Source: Candidatus Eiseniibacteriota bacterium
Lineage (GTDB): Bacteria > Eisenbacteria > RBG-16-71-46
NCBI GenBank assembly: GCA_041483195.1
Contig: JBGPFC010000002.1
Location: forward strand, 128,001 to 192,000
Length of the DNA: 64,000 nucleotides
Direction: 5' to 3'
Below are positions 24,748 through 34,349 of the stretch, piece by piece. The notes under the pieces are model-generated. The model did not search any database. It had not been told where the DNA came from and saw only the letters and a program-made list of their open reading frames with translations. Both the position numbers and the translations under genes were made by a program. Positions within the stretch are counted from its first letter, which is position 1, and the number at the start of each line of letters is the position of its first letter.

Positions 24748-27387
24748 GTGCGTCCCGGCAATCCCGAGGCACTGTCCCAGCCCTACGATCCTGTCCGGGT
24801 CGAGTCGCGCTGGTACGCCCACTGGGAGGAGCGCGGCGTGTTTCGGCCGCGGTCGGGCGGGGACGATCCGTTCGTGATCTCGATCCCGCCTCCCAACGTC
24901 ACGGGCTCGCTCACCATGGGCCACCTGCTCGGCGAATCGGTCCGCGACCTCGTGCTCCGCTGGCAGCGCATGGCGGGGCGCGACACGCTCTACGTGCCGG
25001 GCATGGATCACGCGGGGATCGCGACTCAAAACGTCGTCGAGAACCGTCTCCGTGACGAGGGCACGAGCCGCCACGCGCTCGGCCGCGACGGTTTCGTGCG
25101 CGAGGTGTGGGCCTGGAAGGAGCAGTACGGGGGGCTGATCCTCAAGCAGCTTCGTCGCGTCGGAGTGTCCGCCGACTGGAGCCGCGAGCGCTTCACCCTC
25201 GATCCCGCCTACTCGCGCGCGGTGCTGCTGGCGTTCCAGAAGCTGCACGCGAAGGGGCTCGTGTACCGCGGCCGCTACATCGTGAACTGGTGCCCGCGCT
25301 GTCTCACCGCCCTATCCGACGAGGAAGTGGAGCACGTCGAGACCCAGGGCCAGCTGTGGACGATCAAGTATCCGATCAAGGGCACCGAGAAATTCATCAC
25401 CGTCGCGACCACGCGGCCCGAGACCATGCTCGGCGACACCGCGGTGGCGGTGCACCCGAAGGATCGTCGCTACGCCCACCTGGTGGGCAAGACGGCGGTG
25501 GTGCCGCTCGCGCGGCGCGAGATCCCGGTGGTCGCGGACGATGCCGTGGATCCCAAGTTCGGCTCGGGCGCGGTCAAGGTGACGCCGGCGCACGATTCGA
25601 ACGACTTCCAGCTCGGGCAGCGCCATGGCCTTCCGGAGCTGGTGGTGATCGACGAGCAGGGGGCCATGAACGAGAACGCCGGCGACTTCCGCGGCCTCGA
25701 CCGGTTCGAGGCCCGCGCGCGCATCGTCAAGGCGCTGGCGGACGCCGGTTACCTCGAGAAGGCCGAGCCATACGTCCACGCGGTGGGCCATTGCTCGCGC
25801 TGCGACACCGTGATCGAGCCCTACCTCTCGTGGCAGTGGTTCGTGAAGATGGGGCCGCTCGCGGCGCCGGCCATCGAGGCCGCGCGCAAGGGTCGGGTGA
25901 AGTTCTTCCCGTCGCGCTGGAAGAAGGTGTATCTCAACTGGCTCGAGAACATCCGCGACTGGTGCATCTCGCGCCAGCTGTGGTGGGGGCACCGGATCCC
26001 GGTGTGGTACCGCGGCGACGAAGTGGTGGTCGCGCTCGAGCCGCCGGCGGGCGAGGGGTGGCGGCAGGACGAGGACGTACTCGACACCTGGTTCTCGTCG
26101 TGGCTGTGGCCGTTCGCGATCCTGGGCTGGCCCGACGAGACGCCCGATCTCGCGCGGTACTATCCCAACAGCCTGATGGTGACCGGCAGCGACATCATCT
26201 TCTTCTGGGTCGCCCGCATGGTCATGGCCGGATACGAATTCACGGGGCAGACGCCGTTCGCGCACGTGTTCTTCACCAGCATCGTCCGCGATGCCGAGGG
26301 ACGAAAGATGTCGAAGTCGCTCGGCAATTCGCCCGATCCGCTCGAGATGATGGACCGCTTCGGCGCCGATGCCGTGCGATTCACCATGATCTACCTGACG
26401 CCCGCCGGGCAGGATCTGCTGTTCGACGAAAAACGACTCGAGACCGGACGCTTCTTCGCGAACAAGGTGTGGAACGCGGCGCGGCTCGTGACGCTGCGGC
26501 TGGGCGACGAGGATCTCTCGAGGATCCGCGAGTCGCAGCTCGAGCTCACGCTCTCCGATCGCTGGATCCTGTCGCGCTTCGCGAACGCGGTGAAGGACGT
26601 CACGCGCTGCCTCAAGACCTACCGGCTGAACGAGGCGGCGAACGCGCTCTATCACTTCACGTGGAACGAGTACTGCGATTGGTATCTCGAGATGGCGAAG
26701 CCGCGCTGGGGAGAGGAGGCCGACGCCGAAGATCGGCGCGCGGCGCGGTGGGTGGCGTGGAAGGTCCTGGACGGCGTGCTGCGCCTGCTCCACCCGTTCA
26801 TGCCGTTCGTCTCGGAGGAAATCTGGCAGGCGATCCCCCACGAGGGCGACACCCTCGCGCTCGCGGCCTGGCCGGTCGCGAAGCGCGCGTGGTTCGACGC
26901 AGAGACCGAGCGCCAGATCGCGTTCGTGCAGGAGCTGGTGGTCGCGGTGCGAAACCTGCGGGCCGAGAGCAATCTGGCGGCCGGCAAACGTGTGCCGCTG
27001 GTGGTGCGCGGGGCCGCGGCGCAGCTCGACCTGGTCGAAAAGCTGCGCGATCAGATCATGGCGCTCGCGCGGATCGAGACGCTGACCGTCTCGCGCGACG
27101 GCGCCCGGCCGGCGGTCGCGGCTTCCTCCGTGGTCTCGGGCGCCGAGGTGTTCCTGCCGCTCGAAGGCCTGATCGACGTCGACGAGGAGCGCACCCGGCT
27201 CACGAAGGAGGCCGCGAAGCTGCTCGACGACCTCGAGTCGGTGAAGAAGAAGCTGCGCAATCAGGACTTCCTCACCAAGGCACGCCCGGATATCGTGGAC
27301 AAGGAGCGCGCGCGGCTCGTGCACCTCGAGGAGACGCTCGACAAGCTGAAGCGCGCGCAGGATTCGCTGCGCGTCACCCAGCGCTGA
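24748..27387 (+). CDS. valS: Valine--tRNA ligase
   Basis: PPPNVTGSLTMGH, DHAGIATQ, WCISRQLWWGH, KMSKS, C-terminal coiled coil. Confidence 0.98.
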   Translation: MRPGNPEALSQPYDPVRVESRWYAHWEERGVFRPRSGGDDPFVISIPPPNVTGSLTMGHLLGESVRDLVLRWQRMAGRDTLYVPGMDHAGIATQNVVENRLRDEGTSRHALGRDGFVREVWAWKEQYGGLILKQLRRVGVSADWSRERFTLDPAYSRAVLLAFQKLHAKGLVYRGRYIVNWCPRCLTALSDEEVEHVETQGQLWTIKYPIKGTEKFITVATTRPETMLGDTAVAVHPKDRRYAHLVGKTAVVPLARREIPVVADDAVDPKFGSGAVKVTPAHDSNDFQLGQRHGLPELVVIDEQGAMNENAGDFRGLDRFEARARIVKALADAGYLEKAEPYVHAVGHCSRCDTVIEPYLSWQWFVKMGPLAAPAIEAARKGRVKFFPSRWKKVYLNWLENIRDWCISRQLWWGHRIPVWYRGDEVVVALEPPAGEGWRQDEDVLDTWFSSWLWPFAILGWPDETPDLARYYPNSLMVTGSDIIFFWVARMVMAGYEFTGQTPFAHVFFTSIVRDAEGRKMSKSLGNSPDPLEMMDRFGADAVRFTMIYLTPAGQDLLFDEKRLETGRFFANKVWNAARLVTLRLGDEDLSRIRESQLELTLSDRWILSRFANAVKDVTRCLKTYRLNEAANALYHFTWNEYCDWYLEMAKPRWGEEADAEDRRAARWVAWKVLDGVLRLLHPFMPFVSEEIWQAIPHEGDTLALAAWPVAKRAWFDAETERQIAFVQELVVAVRNLRAESNLAAGKRVPLVVRGAAAQLDLVEKLRDQIMALARIETLTVSRDGARPAVAASSVVSGAEVFLPLEGLIDVDEERTRLTKEAAKLLDDLESVKKKLRNQDFLTKARPDIVDKERARLVHLEETLDKLKRAQDSLRVTQR

Positions 27388-27412
27388 CGGACGCTCGACC
27401 AGGAGCATTCCC

Positions 27413-28057
27413 ATGAAGATCGGCATTCTCGGCACCGGTGACGTCGGACAGTCGTTGGGGCGCGGCTTCGCGGAACTCGGGCACGACGTGAAGATGGGAA
27501 CGCGCGACCCGAAGAGCGAGAAGGTCGCCGCCTGGGTCGCGAAGACCGGCGCACGGGCGTCGTCCGGAACGTTCGCGGAAGCCGCCGAGTTCGGGGAGGT
27601 CGTGGTCATCGCCACCCTCTGGAGCGGGACCGAGAACGCGCTGCGCCTCGCGGGCCCGGAGCGGTTCGCGAACAAGGTGGTCATCGACGCGACCAATCCG
27701 CTGGTGTTCAAGCCGGGGCTGCCGCCGGCCCTCGCCCTCGGCCACTCCGACTCGGGCGGCGAACAGGTGCAGCGCTGGCTGCCGCGCGCGCGGGTCGTGA
27801 AGTGCTTCAACACAGCGGGCCACGCCCACATGGTGCAGCCCCAGTTCCCGGGCGGGCCTCCCGACATGTTCCTCTGCGGGAACGACGAAGCGGCCAAGAC
27901 GACGGTCGCCCGGATCCTGAAGGACTTCGGATGGCCGGCGATCGACATCGGCGGGATCGAGGGCGCGCGCGAGCTCGAGCCGCTCTGCATCCTGTGGGTG
28001 AAGATCGGGATGCGCACCGGCGCCTGGAATCACGCGTTCAAGCTGATCCGGAAGTGA
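27413..28057 (+). CDS. NADPH-dependent F420 reductase-like oxidoreductase
   Basis: IGILGTGDVG, IDATNP, SGGE.VQ, VVKCFN, ARELEPL. Confidence 0.88.
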   Translation: MKIGILGTGDVGQSLGRGFAELGHDVKMGTRDPKSEKVAAWVAKTGARASSGTFAEAAEFGEVVVIATLWSGTENALRLAGPERFANKVVIDATNPLVFKPGLPPALALGHSDSGGEQVQRWLPRARVVKCFNTAGHAHMVQPQFPGGPPDMFLCGNDEAAKTTVARILKDFGWPAIDIGGIEGARELEPLCILWVKIGMRTGAWNHAFKLIRK

Positions 28058-28470
28058 GCGCTCCGCCCCGCGCCGCGCGCAGCGCGATCTCAACGACCTA
28101 TCGCCGGATCTACGCGGCGGTGCGCCGGATTCCGCGCGGCCGGGTCGCGAGCTACGGACAGATCGCGGCGCTCGCGGGGATCCCGCACGCGCCGCGGGTC
28201 GCGGGGTACGCGCTGCACGCGCTTCCGGATGGCACTCCGCTGCCGTGGCATCGGGTCGTGAGCGCGGAGGGGCGACTCAGCATCGCGCGCCTGAGTCCCG
28301 ACGGGGCGCTCACGCAGCGCATGCGTCTCGAGCGCGAAGGGGTACGCTTCGATCCGCGCGGGCGCGTGGACCTCGCGCGGCACGCGTGGCACCCGCGCGC
28401 CGGGCATCGCCCGGGGGACTCGCGCCGGCTTCAGCGCGCGGACAGGCTGTCGGCCCCGACCCGCCGGTAG
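28054..28470 (+). CDS. Alkyltransferase-like (ATL/MGMT family) DNA-binding protein
   Basis: IPRGRVASYGQIA, PWHRVV (Trp in place of the catalytic Cys), QRMRLEREGV. Confidence 0.9.
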   Translation: MSAPPRAARSAISTTYRRIYAAVRRIPRGRVASYGQIAALAGIPHAPRVAGYALHALPDGTPLPWHRVVSAEGRLSIARLSPDGALTQRMRLEREGVRFDPRGRVDLARHAWHPRAGHRPGDSRRLQRADRLSAPTRR

Positions 28471-29999
28471 CGCGCGAGACGGAGCGGCCCCTCCGCCGAT
28501 TCGAATGTCTCGCGCTCGATCAGCACGCGGCCGATCGCGGCGGCGCGTTCGGTGCGGAGCGCCAGCTCCCGGCGCACCTCGGAGTTGGGGCTGCGCACCA
28601 CGACCCATACCTCGTCGAATGGCGCCGCGTTCCCCGCGGCCGCGCGCTCCATCTCGTCGAGCTGTTCGGGGGTGTAGCCCGACGCGAACGGCACCGCGGG
28701 ATGTGACACCTCGAACGCCGCGACCGGCGTCTTCTGCCTCAGGTTGTAGAAGCGGAACGGGTCCACGTCGAACGGCACCAGCGCCGCCGTGCGTCCCGGC
28801 GGGCTCGCGCTCGCGATGCGATGCACAGCGTCCCGCCACGGCTCCTTCGTGTAGTCGGTGTCGTAGCGCACGCAGGCGTATGCGCCGGTCGCGAGCAGCA
28901 CCGTCGCCCACGCGATGCGCGCGGGGCGGGGCAGCGAAACGATGCCGCGCGCGAGCAGCACCGCGAGCATGGGAGTGACCAGCACGAAGTAGCGCGGCAG
29001 CCAGAGCGGCTGCTTGAAGGAAACGATCCAGACCGCGGCCAGCGGGAGGAACAGTCCGCCGAACGCGAGCCGCGTGACGACGCCGCGCGTGCCAGCCGCG
29101 ACCGCCGATCGCAGCGCGATCGTGAGCGGCACGATCGGGATCAGCAGCAGCACCAGGTGCGCGAGGCGGCGCGGCACGAACGCCTCGAGGCCCGGAAGCG
29201 TCGCGCCCGGCGGCGGCGTCACGATCGGGATCGGCGAGAGGAACACGGCGCGGAGCACCTGGAAGGCCTCGTGGCCCCCGGGCGCCCGCAGGTACCAGTG
29301 GCTGTGCGAGAGCCGGCCCGCCTGGGCGAGGCTGATGAAGAACCACGGCAGGTAGAGCGCGAACGCCGCCAGCAGCGCGATCAGCCACGGCGCGAACCGC
29401 CTGCGCCCCGAGCGCGAAATTACCGAGAATGCGCCCTGCACGCCCACCCCCAGCAGCGCGATGCTCTGCGTGTAGAGCGCGAGCGCGGAGGCCGCGACGA
29501 ACGGCACCCACGCGCGCCGGCGGTCGAGCAGCGCGGCGCGCGCGTACAGATAGAGCGAGAGCGTCGCGAAGGCCGCGACCAGCGTGTAGGTGCGGGCCTC
29601 CTGCGCGTACATCAGCTGGAACGGAGAGAGCGCCGTGATCGCGGCCGCGAGCGTCGCCTCGTCGCGGGAGGCCGCGAGGCGCGCGATGCGGTAGGTCAGC
29701 CAGACCAGCGCCAGCGACGCGAAGAACGACACCAGCCGCAGCTGGGCCTCGCCGTCCCCGAGCCTGAGCGCGAGCGCGGTCAGCATGTAGAAGAGCGGCG
29801 GGCTCGCGTCCTTCTGCGCGCAGAGCCGGATCAGCTCGGGCAGCTTCGCGGACGCCGCGGTCCAGGTGGAGCCCTCGTCGGTCCACAGGCTGCGGGCTCC
29901 GATGTGCCAGGCGCGCGCCAGCGCGGCGGCCGCGAGCACCGCGATCACTCCCGGACGCGCGTGCCGGCCGCGGGCGAAAGGCGCGGCGATCGGGTTCAC
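28431..29999 (-). CDS. GT-C fold membrane glycosyltransferase (family 39/PMT-like)
   Basis: SLWTDE, SPPLFY, YAQEARTY; ~11 TM helices. Confidence 0.85.
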   Translation of the reverse strand: MNPIAAPFARGRHARPGVIAVLAAAALARAWHIGARSLWTDEGSTWTAASAKLPELIRLCAQKDASPPLFYMLTALALRLGDGEAQLRLVSFFASLALVWLTYRIARLAASRDEATLAAAITALSPFQLMYAQEARTYTLVAAFATLSLYLYARAALLDRRRAWVPFVAASALALYTQSIALLGVGVQGAFSVISRSGRRRFAPWLIALLAAFALYLPWFFISLAQAGRLSHSHWYLRAPGGHEAFQVLRAVFLSPIPIVTPPPGATLPGLEAFVPRRLAHLVLLLIPIVPLTIALRSAVAAGTRGVVTRLAFGGLFLPLAAVWIVSFKQPLWLPRYFVLVTPMLAVLLARGIVSLPRPARIAWATVLLATGAYACVRYDTDYTKEPWRDAVHRIASASPPGRTAALVPFDVDPFRFYNLRQKTPVAAFEVSHPAVPFASGYTPEQLDEMERAAAGNAAPFDEVWVVVRSPNSEVRRELALRTERAAAIGRVLIERETFESAEGPLRLARYRRVGADSLSAR

Positions 30000-30000
30000 G

Positions 30001-31074
30001 TCAGCGCCCGGTCAGAAGATCCACGATGCGCAGCCCGCTCTTGCCGTCGCCGAACGGGTTCGGCCAGTCGCGCGCGCGGGACGCCATGGCGCGCGCGCAC
30101 GCGACGATGGACTCCGGCGCGGCGCCCGCCAGCACGTTGGCGCCGACTTCGACCGATTCCGGGCGCTCGGTGTTGTCGCGCAGCGTGACGCACGGCACGC
30201 GCAGGCAGCACGCCTCCTCCTGGAGCCCGCCCGAGTCGGTGAGCGTGAGCGCCGCCCGGGCGTGGAGCCCGAGGAAGTCGAGATAGCCGAGCGGAGGCAG
30301 CGCGCGCACCGGGCCGTCGACGGCGATGCCGAGCGATGCGAGCCGCGCGGTGGTGCGCGGATGCAGCGAAGCGAGCACCGGGATGCCGAGTGCGCGCGCG
30401 CTGTCGGCGAGGCCCTGCACGATCCCCCGCAGGCGCTCGGGATGATCGGTGTTCTCGGCACGGTGCACGGTGGCCACCGCGTAGCGCCCCGGCTCGACGC
30501 CGAAACGCTCGAGCAGGCCCGGGCGATCGGCGCGCGGGCGCTGCAGCTCGAGCTCGTCCACAACGGTGTTGCCCGTCACGTGAATGCGCGAGGCCGCGAA
30601 GCCCTCGCCGAGCAGGATCCCACGCGATTTCTCGGTCGGGGCGAACAGGTGTTCGGAAAGATGATCGGTGAGGATGCGGTTGATCTCCTCGGGCATGGCG
30701 CGGTCGTAGGAGCGGAGGCCGGCCTCGACGTGCCCGACCGTGATGCCCATCTTCTGCGCGGTCAGCGCGGCCGCGAGCACCGAGTTGGTGTCGCCCTCGA
30801 CCAGCAACACATCGGGCCGCTCGCGCCCGAGCAGCGGCTCCATGCCGCGCACGATGGTGCCGATCTGGTAGGCCTGCGATCCAGATCCCACCTCGAGGTT
30901 GTGGTGCGGCTGCGGCAGCCCCAGCTCCTGGAAGAACACGCCGTCCATCTCGAACGAGTAGTGCTGGCCGGTGTGGAGCAGCAGGTAGGGCAGTTCGCGC
31001 GCGATGCAGGCGCGCACCACCGGCGCCATCTTGATGATCTCGGGGCGGGTGCCGACGACGACCGCGATCTTCAA
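30001..31074 (-). CDS. wecB: UDP-N-acetylglucosamine 2-epimerase (non-hydrolysing)
   Basis: GTRPEIIKMAP, HTGQH, GDTNS, HVEAGLRS, PEEINR, TDSGGLQEE, TERPE. Confidence 0.95.
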   Translation of the reverse strand: MKIAVVVGTRPEIIKMAPVVRACIARELPYLLLHTGQHYSFEMDGVFFQELGLPQPHHNLEVGSGSQAYQIGTIVRGMEPLLGRERPDVLLVEGDTNSVLAAALTAQKMGITVGHVEAGLRSYDRAMPEEINRILTDHLSEHLFAPTEKSRGILLGEGFAASRIHVTGNTVVDELELQRPRADRPGLLERFGVEPGRYAVATVHRAENTDHPERLRGIVQGLADSARALGIPVLASLHPRTTARLASLGIAVDGPVRALPPLGYLDFLGLHARAALTLTDSGGLQEEACCLRVPCVTLRDNTERPESVEVGANVLAGAAPESIVACARAMASRARDWPNPFGDGKSGLRIVDLLTGR

Positions 31075-31087
31075 CGCGCGCGATGCC

Positions 31088-32392
31088 TCAAGCGGCGGCC
31101 GCTGCTGACTCGATGGCCAAACCCTTCATCATCTCCTCGACCACCTCGCAGCACGAGTTCCAGGAGTTGACGCGCGGGTACACCTGCGCGGTGCAGGCGA
31201 GATACAGGCGGCCCGGGATGACGGTGGTGGGAGGGCGCACCTGGCTGTAGCCCACGCTCCAGATGGGCTCGACGTACGGCGCGCGGAACACGAATTGATC
31301 GGTGATGCCGCGGCCCGCCCCGGGGAAGAGCGTCTCCAGATCGCTCCGGTATCGCGCGAGCATAGGCTCGTCGCCGAGCTTGAACAGCTCGCTGTCGCGA
31401 TGCGTGTAGTTGACGAGGTAGGTCACGTAGCGGCCCTGGGAGCGCTCGAGCGGAACCAGATTCGACATCTCGATCGCGCCCTGCGCGGTCGCACCGCTGT
31501 CGACCCACGGCATCCAGTAGTACGAGGTGAGCGGGCGTTCGAGCAGGAATACGCCGCTCACCACGCCCTGATAGTCGAGCGAGAGGGTGGAGAGACCACG
31601 ATCGAGCCCGAGCCCCTGCGTCATGCGCTGAAACTGCGGAAGGGGCGAGGTCGCCACCACCAGGTCGAATCGCTCGCGGCGCCCGTCTTCGAGAACCGCC
31701 GCCATGCGCTCACCCTCGCGCTCGATGGCCCGCACGCGCGTGCGCATGCGGAGATCGGCGCCGCGCTCGCGCAGGTGACGCTCGAACGCGTCGATCAGCG
31801 AACGGTACCCGCGCGTGAGGCAGCCTTTCACCTCGGCCTTGGTCTTCTGCTCGCGGCTCATGCGACTCGACAGCCACAGCGCCGGGAGCGCCGGGTAGTG
31901 ATCCCCGATTTTCGCTGAGAGCAGCGGCTTCCACAGGATCTCGAACGCCCGCTCTCCGACCTTGCCCCGCACCCAGTCCGCGGCCGTGACGTCGTCCAGC
32001 GCGGCGTTGGAGCCGTGCCTGCGCATCTGCAATCCCATCCAGCCCATGCGCAGCCGCTCGATCATCGTGAGCGGCGAGAACCGCAGCAGGTCGATCGCGT
32101 TGTTCAGCGGGTAGACTTGCTTGCGGTACATGAAGCCCATGCGGGTTTCCCGCCACTGTAGCTCGCGCTCGAGCCCCAGTTCGCGGATCAGCGGGAGCAG
32201 CGCGGTGTCCTGCGGAAGGATGCAGTGGTAAAAGCGCTCGAGGTGCCCGTCGCGGTACGGGAACGTGGTGCCGAGGCCGCCGAGAAAGTCCTCGCCCTCG
32301 TAGAGCGTGACGTGCATGCCGAGGCCGGCGAGGCGCAGCGCGCTCGCGAGCCCCGAAATCCCGCCACCGATGACGGCGGCCGTCTTGGCCAT
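31088..32392 (-). CDS. FAD-dependent oxidoreductase (protoporphyrinogen/amine oxidase-like, polysaccharide-locus type)
   Basis: VIGGGISGL, LGGL, LERFYH, IGDHY....A.WL. Confidence 0.85.
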   Translation of the reverse strand: MAKTAAVIGGGISGLASALRLAGLGMHVTLYEGEDFLGGLGTTFPYRDGHLERFYHCILPQDTALLPLIRELGLERELQWRETRMGFMYRKQVYPLNNAIDLLRFSPLTMIERLRMGWMGLQMRRHGSNAALDDVTAADWVRGKVGERAFEILWKPLLSAKIGDHYPALPALWLSSRMSREQKTKAEVKGCLTRGYRSLIDAFERHLRERGADLRMRTRVRAIEREGERMAAVLEDGRRERFDLVVATSPLPQFQRMTQGLGLDRGLSTLSLDYQGVVSGVFLLERPLTSYYWMPWVDSGATAQGAIEMSNLVPLERSQGRYVTYLVNYTHRDSELFKLGDEPMLARYRSDLETLFPGAGRGITDQFVFRAPYVEPIWSVGYSQVRPPTTVIPGRLYLACTAQVYPRVNSWNSCCEVVEEMMKGLAIESAAAAA

Positions 32393-32510
32393 GCATCCTT
32401 CCCATGTGCCGTGGGTGGGCACGGTTGGAGATCGCCCGGCGGTGTGCACGAAGCGCTTCGAGGGCGGCCGCGCGGCCCACCCCGGCTCAGAGCACGAGGA
32501 TCCGCACCCG

Positions 32511-32537
32511 TTATCGGCGTCCGACCTCGCCGCCTGA
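32511..32537 (-). promoter_or_regulatory. sigma28-type promoter of the oxidoreductase-wecB-GT39 operon
   Basis: TCAGG-N14-GCCGATAA (perfect -10) in intergenic DNA, ~120 nt before the ATG. Confidence 0.65.
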
Positions 32538-32774
32538 AGCGCGGGGCCGCGTCATCCGGCGAGCGCGCGAGTCGTGGATCGCAAGCCCCATCGCTGCGGC
32601 GGCAGCTTACGGGCGAGGGGCCGTCCCCGCAAGCGATGGATGCGCCCGCCCCGAGTGTTGCCGCTCCGCGAATCGCTGCCCTATGCTGCGCGACCGAGCG
32701 TCGCCCGGCGTCCGCCGGCGGATCGTGCGGCGGGACCCACGGGTGAAGCGCAGACGGGGCGAGGAGGAGCCGGA

Positions 32775-34349
32775 TTGACGAGTCCGAGCGCGGTCGACCA
32801 GAGGACGTCCTTCCGGGGGTTGTGGCTGCTCGGCGCCGGGCTGCTCGCGGTGCGGTTCCTTCATCTCACCGGCCCGCTCGACGATCCGCACTCGTGGCGT
32901 CAATGCGACACGGTGGGCTATTCGCTCGACTTCTACCGTCGCGGGGTCGACCTCCTGCATCCCGCGGTGTGCTGGCTGGGGGCGCATCGCACGCTCATCT
33001 TCGAGCTCGCCCTGCCCGAGGCGATCAGCGCCATGCTCTATCGCGTGTTCGGGCCGAGCGCGGTGTGGGATCGCGTCGTGGCGCTGGGCTTCTTCGTGAT
33101 CGCGAGTCTCTACTTCCATGCGCTCGTCCGGCGGGTGGCGGGACGGCGATCGGCGGCGCTCGCGACCGTCGCCTGGTTGGCGCTGCCGCTCGGCCAGTTC
33201 TTCTCGCGGGCCGCGCACGTGGATTTCGCGGCCACCGCGTTCGCGCACGCGCTCCTCTACCACGCCTGGGTCGCGCTCGAGCGCCGCTCGCCGGCGCACG
33301 CGGCGCTCGCGGGCGCGGCGGGCGCTTTGGCGGCGATGATCAAGGCGCCCTACCTGCTGCCCATCCTTCCGCCGCTGGCGCTGGTCGCGCTCGCGGCCCC
33401 GCTCGCGGCCATGGTGTGGATGGGCGCGCCGCTCGCGCTGTCCGCCGTGGCGTTCGCGATCTGGCGGCGTCACGTGGACGCGGTGAACGCGGCGGCCCCC
33501 GACTGGGATTTTCTCCCTGGCTACTACAAGGAAGTTAATCCGCTGTGGTGGTACTTCGGCGGCGCGTCGGAGCGTTTCGACACCGCGAGCTGGATCAAGC
33601 TCGCGCGACGGCTGCTGTTCGAAGTCGCGACCCCGCTCGGCGCGCTGCTCGCGATCGCGGGACTCGCGCCGCGCGCGACCAGGAGTCACGCGGGCGGCGG
33701 TCGCGTCGGCGCCGAGGCGGGGCCCGGTGCTCGCGCCTTCGCGCTGGCGTGGTCGCTGGGCGTGCTCGGCTACCTGCTCGTGTTCTTCCCGCTCAACGTG
33801 ATCCACGACTACTACCAGATCCCGTTCCTCGCGCCGGCCGCGCTGTGGATCGGTCTCGGGATGGATGCGCTCTGGGAGCGCGCCCCGCAGGTCGGACCCG
33901 TGCGCGCCGCCGCGCTCGCGCTGGCGGCCTTCGCGCTGCTCGCGGTATGGGCGCCGCGCCGGCTCGGCTACTACCGCGTGGACTGGCTGCGCGTGGAGGC
34001 GGGCCGCATGATCGACGCGCGGCTGCCCCGCGGCGAGCTGCTGATCGTGGCCGACCACAACTCGGGGTACAGCGATCCGCGACTGCTGCGTCGCGCCGAT
34101 CGTGAGGGCTGGGCGCTCGCGATCGCGGACCTCACGCCGGACCGCCTGCGCACGCTCGCGGGGCTGGGTGCGCGGTGGGCCGCGGTGGTGACCAGCCCCG
34201 AGCATCCGGGTCTCGCGCCGCCGCCGTCGCTGGCGTGGGCGCGCATCGCGGAGCTGCCGATCGTCCACGCGGGGCATCCGATCGGCACCCTCGGTCTGTA
34301 CGATCTCGATCGCCCCGGGCCCCGGCCCCCGGGAGGGTCGACGCCGTGA
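32775..34349 (+). CDS. GT-C fold membrane glycosyltransferase (ArnT/PMT_2-like)
   Basis: HSWRQCDT, FEL.L, multiple TM helices, IHDYYQIPF; GGAGGAG RBS before TTG. Confidence 0.8.
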   Translation: MTSPSAVDQRTSFRGLWLLGAGLLAVRFLHLTGPLDDPHSWRQCDTVGYSLDFYRRGVDLLHPAVCWLGAHRTLIFELALPEAISAMLYRVFGPSAVWDRVVALGFFVIASLYFHALVRRVAGRRSAALATVAWLALPLGQFFSRAAHVDFAATAFAHALLYHAWVALERRSPAHAALAGAAGALAAMIKAPYLLPILPPLALVALAAPLAAMVWMGAPLALSAVAFAIWRRHVDAVNAAAPDWDFLPGYYKEVNPLWWYFGGASERFDTASWIKLARRLLFEVATPLGALLAIAGLAPRATRSHAGGGRVGAEAGPGARAFALAWSLGVLGYLLVFFPLNVIHDYYQIPFLAPAALWIGLGMDALWERAPQVGPVRAAALALAAFALLAVWAPRRLGYYRVDWLRVEAGRMIDARLPRGELLIVADHNSGYSDPRLLRRADREGWALAIADLTPDRLRTLAGLGARWAAVVTSPEHPGLAPPPSLAWARIAELPIVHAGHPIGTLGLYDLDRPGPRPPGGSTP

